64,000 bases of DNA from a virus. Lineage: Duplodnaviria > Caudoviricetes. The notes under the pieces were generated by a model that worked only from the letters and a program-made list of their open reading frames with translations, did not search any database and had not been told where the DNA came from. The position numbers and the translations under genes are program-made. Below are positions 58,157 to 64,000 of the stretch, in pieces (position 1 is the stretch's first letter; each line of letters opens with the position of its first letter). The DNA is taken from IMG/VR virus record IMGVR_UViG_3300042196_000418; one strand, written 5' to 3'.

Positions 58157-60101
58157 ACGCACCCATCGACATCGAGTGCCCGGCCTGTGCGGCGACAGCC
58201 GGCAACTACTGCACCGCACCCTCCACCGATCCGAAGGTCCGTCAGCGGGTCACCTTCTATCACGCCGAGCGTGTCGACGCCGCGTTTCGCCGGATCGCGA
58301 GCCGTCGAGACGACCCGCGCGCACTACGCGTTGCGCTGCGTGAGGCCCTCGACCGCCTTGAGAAGCACGAACCAGCTGTTCAGGCCGCGCTCACCAATGA
58401 CCTGAGCTTCATCATCACGACCCGAGAGGTGTTCGGACTATGAGCAAGCGCCGCATCCGACTCATGTTCGATCATCCCACGCACACGTGCGACGTCGTAG
58501 TCGACATCCATTTACCGTTGCCAGAACCGATCGAGGAGAGCGTCGCTGCGATGGCCGATCGCGTCCGGCCCGCATGTCCGATCTGCAAACAACCCATGCC
58601 GTACACCGGATGGAGCTTCAGCGACCTCGACGACGATGACAACACCCTGGGGCCAACCCGATGAAGCCGCCGCTAAAGCTCATCCACGTCCACTGGCTGT
58701 TCAAGGAGGAGCCTACTTTCGCAGGACAGCCCCTCTGCGACGTTGCGCGAGCTGCGAGGGACACCGAGCACTCGATCGTGCTCCGGCCCGTCATCCGCCA
58801 GCGCTCGGGCGGGCGGCTACGCGAGTGCGCGCGCTGCGCGAGGATCGGCAGGGAGCTGGGAATCCCATGAGCCGCGACTACACGATGGAGGACTTCCACG
58901 CTGAGATGCGTCGCCGTGGCGTGCGTAAGGATGGCCCACAGATCACGGCTCCCGCAGCAACACAGGTCCCTGACGGCGCGGTCACCAGAATCGTCCGGTG
59001 CGGCGTCCACCCGATGCATTTTGTCAGGATCAGCGCGAGTGGCGCTCGCAGTGGCTGCCCCATGTGCGAAGCGGCCAGACGATGACGAACCAGAAAGATC
59101 TAACCGTGGTGAGTCCACATAACCCACTACCCTTTCGAACCGTGAACGGAGATCCACAGCATGCTCCGAGTGTCGCCCACGATCGTGCGCGGATCATCAC
59201 GCGGATCATCGGCTGCACCTGCGGCTGGCAAACGCCGTCCGGCACCACCGATTCCGATGAAGCTTTCACCATGCACTGTGCTGTCGTCAGTGTGCATCCT
59301 GGCATGGACGTCTATCTCGAGCTGCGAAACGAACGTGGCATTCCCGCCAAACCACACGCTGCACTTCTGGTCCAAGAGGAAACTACGTGAGCATCCGCCG
59401 TCCCAAGACGAAGACGAAACGCTGCGCGCACTGCAAACGCCGTCGACCCCGCCTCACGATCGAATGGCATCCGGGGATCGAGGAATGGCAATGCTCGAAT
59501 TTTAGCTCGTGCGACGAGGTGATCTTTCGCAACGAGGCTCGCAAACGCGAACGTGAGCGGCTGCTCCACGCGCGCCTGACCCAGGCTACCGACAAGGCAT
59601 TCTGGAAGAGCACTCGGTACAAGCCTGGTCAGAAACTCGACATGTCCAACCCACAGGATCGGAAAATGTCTCCGGTTTGGATGGGCATCTTCCAGCAAAA
59701 GCAACGTGAAGCGAAGGAGTCCACATGATTGGTCTCGATGATGACACCCTCAAGAAACGTCGTGTCCCAACGACACCAGAGGATCCTTCGCTAAGTCGCC
59801 TCGTGATGGCCCGATACGTCCTCCCGCCAGCGATCCGCTGCTTCTTCCATGTGTACGAGGAGCGCATCGGCACGTACGGCTTTCGCGTACTCAAGCACGT
59901 GCTGGTCTATCCAGGGAACGCCCGACCCGGGATGACGACGGGCTGCGAGTGCGACGTCCATCCCCATGAATACGTCATCGTCAGCAACAACATTGTTGTC
60001 GACCGGACTTGGTGCCGGGCTTGCGTCGCCGCCGTCGACAGGGAATCGAGACGTGGTCATTCACCAACGCGACGCACGCCAGCCAAAGAAGAGATCACCT
60101 G

Positions 60102-60828
60102 ATGCCACGCCACCAGCAAGTCACGACCTGTCGCAAAGGCGGTCCCGTCGAAAAGTTCTGCAACTGCGAAAACTGCTCGTTGTCGGTGTGCTCGGTCTGC
60201 GGTGCCTACGAAGACGGGCTCACGACCGATTGTCCAGGATTGAAGGTCGCCTTCAACCGTCAGAAGGAGGTCTACGAAACCAGCCTCGACTACACAGACG
60301 AACGTGGCTGGCACCTGGGAGCGCCGATGAAGCGCAGAACGCCGCGCTTCGAATCGACGAAGCTGCTGCCCGAGCTGCCACGCGTCGATCCGCGGACGGT
60401 CATCGCGCCGTCGATCTACTGGGCCGCAGTCGATCGTCATGTGAGTCTCCAGCACGAGCTCGCACAGAAGGCGATCGCATGGGCGCTTGCAGAAAGCACA
60501 GCCGAGGATCACTATCGCCGCGATCACCGGGAAGATCAACCTGCGCGAACCGAACGAGCATACGCAAGAGCTACTCGGCAAGCTCGAACACGCGAAGCTG
60601 GAATTCCGTCTCGCGAACCAGCGTGCAGAGACGTGTGACGACGAGTTCCGGCAAGCAGCAAGGACGCTCGTCACCGCGTTGAAGGAGGGCCAAGTCGCTG
60701 CCGTCGCCAACGATAAGACGCTGTTCACGCGTACGTGCGGCTGCACGGTCGTCGCAGGAGCGGCGTGCCCGCACTTCGTCGCCGCGAACAGCGGCATCGG
60801 GGAACCCCGGAAAACCACAGTTCGGTAA
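60102..60828 (+). pseudogene. Cys-rich/coiled-coil protein, probably split by a frameshift near 60510
   Basis: Frame 60102-60638 turns low-complexity after AESTAEDH, while the overlapping frame (to 60828) continues a plausible coiled coil AAITGKINLREPNEHTQELLGKLEHAK. Confidence 0.5.
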
Positions 60829-60966
60829 TCAGCCAAATCCCGCGGGACCCCAGGTGAGATCGGCCCTCAGGATCTGCTAACAGATCCGCTAACGATACGT
60901 TAGACTGTCCCCCAGCTGTGCTGCCATCGCCACGCCGCTCCCGCCGATCCGTGGACTCCTCGACAC

Positions 60967-61035
60967 GGGTACCTATCTACCCAGGTTTACTGATCCAAAC
61001 GTTACCTGCGGTCTCGAGCTGGCCCAGGAGTCGCA
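60967..61035 (+). promoter_or_regulatory. Promoter cassette P6
   Basis: GGGTA-cctatc-TACCC 60967-60982 (perfect). TGG-cccaggagtc-GC (GG 61021-22, GC 61033-34). ATG 61050. Confidence 0.75.
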
Positions 61036-61049
61036 CCTAGGTTCAAGGC

Positions 61050-61436
61050 ATGCACCCGCTTTCAATGCTATTCGGAGCAGCACTCTTCGCCCTCGGCGTT
61101 CTCGCCGTCGCGCTCGCAGATCGCATCCGCGGCCTGCGCGTCTCTCGCGATATGGCGCCGCCGCGTGAGCGGGCGCCCCGCGCGCCTTCGGTCTCCGCCC
61201 AGCCCGTCGAGACTGCCGAGCTGCTCCGGTCGACTCTCCCAAAGCCGCCCCGCGCGCCGCGCGCCGAACCGAAGGTCGCCAGCGCCGAGGACGACGTGAT
61301 CGCCGCACTCGTGACCGCGGGCTACAAGAAGTCGATCGCGACGGAAGCGGCGTGGGCGTGCAGCCCCGCCGAGCGCACGACGGTCGAGCGCTGGACGGCG
61401 GCAGCACTCCGCTGCGCGCACGGAGGGATGTCGTGA
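61050..61436 (+). CDS. Membrane-anchored RuvA C-terminal (domain III) protein
   Basis: N-terminal TM helix (LFGAALFALGVLAVALA), Pro/Arg-rich linker, EDDVIAALVTAGYKKSIATEAA...TTVERWTAAALR resembling RuvA domain III (EAV.ALVALGYK...SETLIREALR). No OB-fold or HhH domains. Confidence 0.7.
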   Translation: MHPLSMLFGAALFALGVLAVALADRIRGLRVSRDMAPPRERAPRAPSVSAQPVETAELLRSTLPKPPRAPRAEPKVASAEDDVIAALVTAGYKKSIATEAAWACSPAERTTVERWTAAALRCAHGGMS

Positions 61437-63028
61437 GCCGCGTCGGCGTCTACCAGGCCGCAGCCGCTCGCTGTGGCACCACGATCGAACGTGCCTCCAA
61501 CGGCATCCCGCCGCGTATCGGCGGAGGCATCACCAAACACCCTCTCGCGCGAGACGTCGCCGAAACACTCGTCCGTGATCTCAAGGCGCTCGGTGCAGAG
61601 GCGAAGGTTTGCTCCCACGGGCCGCAGGACGATCAGGCGTTCGTCTACCTGTCGGGCTGCTCGTTCCAAAAGGGCGACCTCTCGTGACCAAGTTCAACCT
61701 CTCGATCGACCTTCGCACGCACGGTGATAGCGCTAGCGCTACTGCGAGCATGTTCCCATGAAGGCGAAGCTGCTCGCCGCTGCCCCGGCAGCCGATCGTC
61801 GATACGATGTGCACGTCGTGCCCATTCAGACCGAACGCAGGCAAGCCAAAGATCAACGTGACGCCGGCAGAGCTGGAGAAGTTCAAGGACACTGCCCGGC
61901 GCAGCGAGTTCTACTGTCACGAGACCGTGCTCGAAGACCCGCGCACGACTGTCGGCGCCGATAGCGAGCCGTCGCCTCGCGTGCAGTCTCACTTCCGCGT
62001 CTGCCGTGGCGGGTGGGGGCTCAAGCTCAAGCACCTCGGAGCAGCGCGACGGAAAGAACAGTAGCCCATGGTCAAGCTCGAACGGATCACCGAGGAGACC
62101 CTGACGCCCGAGCACACCGAGCGCGTTCGGCGTGCGGTGCTCGGCATCCCCCGCAAGAACTCAGTCCACCGCGCGATCCTCGCCGACTGCGCGCGCGTGC
62201 TCACCGGTGACAAGGCCGCTCGCGCGACCATCGTGCGCACCTGGAACGCGATGGTCACGCCGATCGACGAGCTGATCGAAAACTCCTCGCTGGGCGCCGC
62301 CATGCGGGACATCAAGGAGCGCGGCCTGGATGCGCACCTCAAGACCCTGGACGAAGAGCTGCGCCCCAAGCGTCGCGTGCGGAGGAAGCCGTAGCGATGT
62401 CCAGGCACAACAAACCCTGCTTGCCCAGCTATCACCCAAGTGGAGCGAACGATGCGCGATGAAAGCCCGGGATGGTGCAAGCCGCGCAAACCGTGCGTCG
62501 GGTGCGACGAAATTGTAGCGACTGGAATCAGCTACCAACCGCACACGTGTCTAGCCTCAACGCCTGTCGGGGCGGCTATCGGCCTTGGCCCGTGTGCTGA
62601 GTGCGAGTCGCTGCGCGACGACCCGTGCCGTTCTCCGAGCAGGCGTACGCGACTGCCCCATGCGGGTCGTAGGAGGGTTGGATGACAAACGAACCGACCA
62701 AGGTGGCAGCGGAGAGCGAGGCTCCCGATCACCGCTTCCTCACGAACATCCACCAACGCAAACTCGAAACCGATCAGATGATCCAGCGACGGCGACGGTT
62801 CACAAACTACGCCACGCCCGCAGAGAACCTGCCGATGAAGCGATGGACCGCGGGAATCGCCGCGCTACGCCGGTTCGCTGCCGGCGAACGATGGAATCGC
62901 CGCACGAGGCGGCTCACCGTGCAGCGCCTCTACGTCGAGGGGCTGATCGATGATGTCGGCGATGACTACAACTGGAAAATAACCGAAGCCGGCAAGGAGT
63001 TCCTGTTCCGGCTCGACGGAGGCTGCTG

Positions 63029-63259
63029 ATGGGTCGTCACGACCACGTCCACGTCCACGCGTCCGAGACCCGCGTCGACGTCGTGTGCGAGTCCTGTCAG
63101 GCGCCGATCAACGTCGCGTGCTCATGTGCCGAAGGAACCCTGACGTCGGACCGAGCAACGTCTGACCGTGCGTCCGAGACCCGCGTCGACGTCGTGTGCG
63201 AGTCCTGTCAGGCTCCGGTCGGAGTCGCGTGCACGTGCGCCGACGGAGTTTTCACGTGA
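63029..63259 (+). CDS. Small His/Cys-rich metallothionein-like protein built from a tandem duplication
   Basis: MGRHDHVHVH plus 2x ASETRVDVVCESCQAP..VAC.CA.G. Confidence 0.65.
   Translation: MGRHDHVHVHASETRVDVVCESCQAPINVACSCAEGTLTSDRATSDRASETRVDVVCESCQAPVGVACTCADGVFT
63059..63213. repeat. 44-bp exact direct repeat, 111-bp period
   Basis: gcgtccgagacccgcgtcgacgtcgtgtgcgagtcctgtcaggc at 63059-63102 and 63170-63213. Confidence 0.9.
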
Positions 63260-63262
63260 CCG

Positions 63263-63385
63263 GGGTACTTCGATACCCGGCTCAGCACCGCCACGCGATG
63301 TGTGAACCGCGAGCTCTGGGTAGCTACCTACCCACGGTCACCTCTCGCGAACTTACGTGCAGATCGGACCGGCACGCGGGTCGCA
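63263..63385 (+). promoter_or_regulatory. Promoter cassette P7 (upstream of ruvB)
   Basis: Perfect GGGTA-cttcga-TACCC 63263-63278 and GGGTA-gctacc-TACCC 63318-63333 (55 bp apart). GG-cacgcgggtc-GC 63371-63384. ATG 63399. Confidence 0.85.
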
Positions 63386-63398
63386 TTGAAGGATTGCC

Positions 63399-64000
63399 AT
63401 GAACGCTCCTGCACTCCGCCTCGTTCCCGACGCGTCTCCGCACTCGACCCGCTCGACGGCGACGGCAGAGGATCCGGCCCTCCGCCCGACCTCGTTCGAC
63501 GACTACATCGGCCAGGCAGACGTGATCGCGAACCTGCGCCAATCGGTTCGCGCCGCCAAGCGCGGCGGCTGGCAGCTCGACCACATGCTGTTCGGTGGTC
63601 CTGCGGGCCTCGGCAAAACCTCGCTCGCGGCAGTCGTCGCGGCCGAGCTGGGCGGAAAGTTCCGAGCGACCTCAGCCCCCGCGATCGAGCACAAGGGTGC
63701 CCTCGCGTCGCTGCTCACCACGCTGGAGGACGGCGACGTCCTCTTCATCGACGAGATCCACGCGCTCGATCGCGCCGTCGCCGAGTGCCTGTATTCGGCC
63801 ATGGAGGATCGCGTGATCGATCTGCCGGCTGGCAAGCGGGTCATCCGCGTGCCACTGCCAAAGTTCACGCTGCTCGGAGCCACGACCCACGCAGGCAAGC
63901 TCTCCAAGCCGCTGCTCGATCGCTTCGGCTTCATCTGGCAGCTCAAGCCCTACACGCTGCCCGAGCTGGCAACGATCCTCGCCCGATCGGCGAGAAAGCT
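63399..64000 (+). CDS. ruvB: Holliday junction branch-migration AAA+ ATPase RuvB, 3'-partial
   Basis: Manual translation: ALRPTSFDDYIGQ...LDHMLFGGPAGLGKTSLA...TSAPAIEH.G.L..LL..LEDGDVLFIDEIH...LYSAMED...LPKFTLLGATTHAG.LSKPLLDRFG. Open to the window end. Confidence 0.95.
   Translation, partial: MNAPALRLVPDASPHSTRSTATAEDPALRPTSFDDYIGQADVIANLRQSVRAAKRGGWQLDHMLFGGPAGLGKTSLAAVVAAELGGKFRATSAPAIEHKGALASLLTTLEDGDVLFIDEIHALDRAVAECLYSAMEDRVIDLPAGKRVIRVPLPKFTLLGATTHAGKLSKPLLDRFGFIWQLKPYTLPELATILARSARK

Larger units (their letters stand above)
37154..60828 (+). other. About 24-kb plus-strand array of about 68 small, mostly orphan genes
   Basis: Nearly every junction is an ATGA/GTGA overlap. Many CxxC micro-proteins. 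Confidence 0.75.
1..64000. mobile_element. Segment of a large phage or phage-like element, probable Myxococcota host
   Basis: About 160 short orphan ORFs with 1-4 nt stop/start overlaps, long unidirectional blocks, no housekeeping operons, virion-like ORF at the left edge. Myxobacterial-style lipoprotein (21192) and EBP-type HTH (10294) suggest the host. Confidence 0.75.

Noticed and set aside
61050-61436. Calling this gene ruvA
   Set aside because: It lacks RuvA domains I and II (OB fold, HhH) and has a TM helix instead.
61684-62064. In-frame TGA at 61759 suggesting stop readthrough or recoding
   Set aside because: TGA is the dominant genuine stop throughout the window. A separate start at 61807 or a 1-nt frameshift from ATG 61758 explains it more simply.
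6139-63333. Palindromes as CRISPR repeats, REP elements or terminators
   Set aside because: They are dispersed in ones and twos, have only 5-7-bp arms with a variable 6-nt core, no U-tract, and a fixed position upstream of operon starts.
63263-63333. Palindromes as a LexA/SOS box because they precede ruvB
   Set aside because: They do not resemble the LexA boxes I know (E. coli CTGT-N8-ACAG, Gram-positive GAAC-N4-GTTC, the Myxococcus box), and they sit upstream of rather than over the promoter. An unknown repressor cannot be fully excluded.

Overview
High-GC (about 65% by eye) window that reads as part of a very large phage or phage-like replicon, most likely of a myxobacterial (Myxococcota) host. 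It holds roughly 160 mostly tiny, orphan, often Cys-rich ORFs chained by ATGA/GTGA overlaps into long co-oriented blocks (+ 1-1338; - 1441-19657; + 19905-21938; - 22231-28851; + 29071-64000). Recognisable genes: the tail end of a virion-like protein, an ASCH-like protein, DUF488, a stand-alone Fis/HTH_8 protein, three PAPS-reductase/PP-loop proteins, a radical SAM enzyme, a YgjP/M48 metalloprotease, a lipoprotein tyrosine/dual-specificity phosphatase, a GNAT, a NADAR/YbiA protein, a GHKL ATPase fused to an HExxH domain, a membrane-anchored RuvA C-terminal-domain protein and ruvB (runs off the right edge, absent from the ORF track). Three patterns not explained by gene labels stand out. (1) A repeated promoter cassette in the intergenic gaps: a GGGTA-N6-TACCC palindrome (8 perfect copies, usually paired 54-55 bp apart), a sigma54-type GG-N10-GC element typically 37-39 bp downstream, and a start codon 14-16 nt further on (9 promoters at 7 loci), suggesting an enhancer-controlled sigma54 regulon with near-leaderless mRNAs. 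(2) Seven unrelated proteins clustered at 20.6-25.9 kb share a short [KR]..AQLDREIAEAL peptide tag. (3) A TM-anchored RuvA domain III and a RuvB with a shortened RuvA-binding hairpin each head one of these promoters. No rRNA, tRNA, CRISPR array, integrase or transposase was seen. All family calls come from motif recognition by eye, not database searches.
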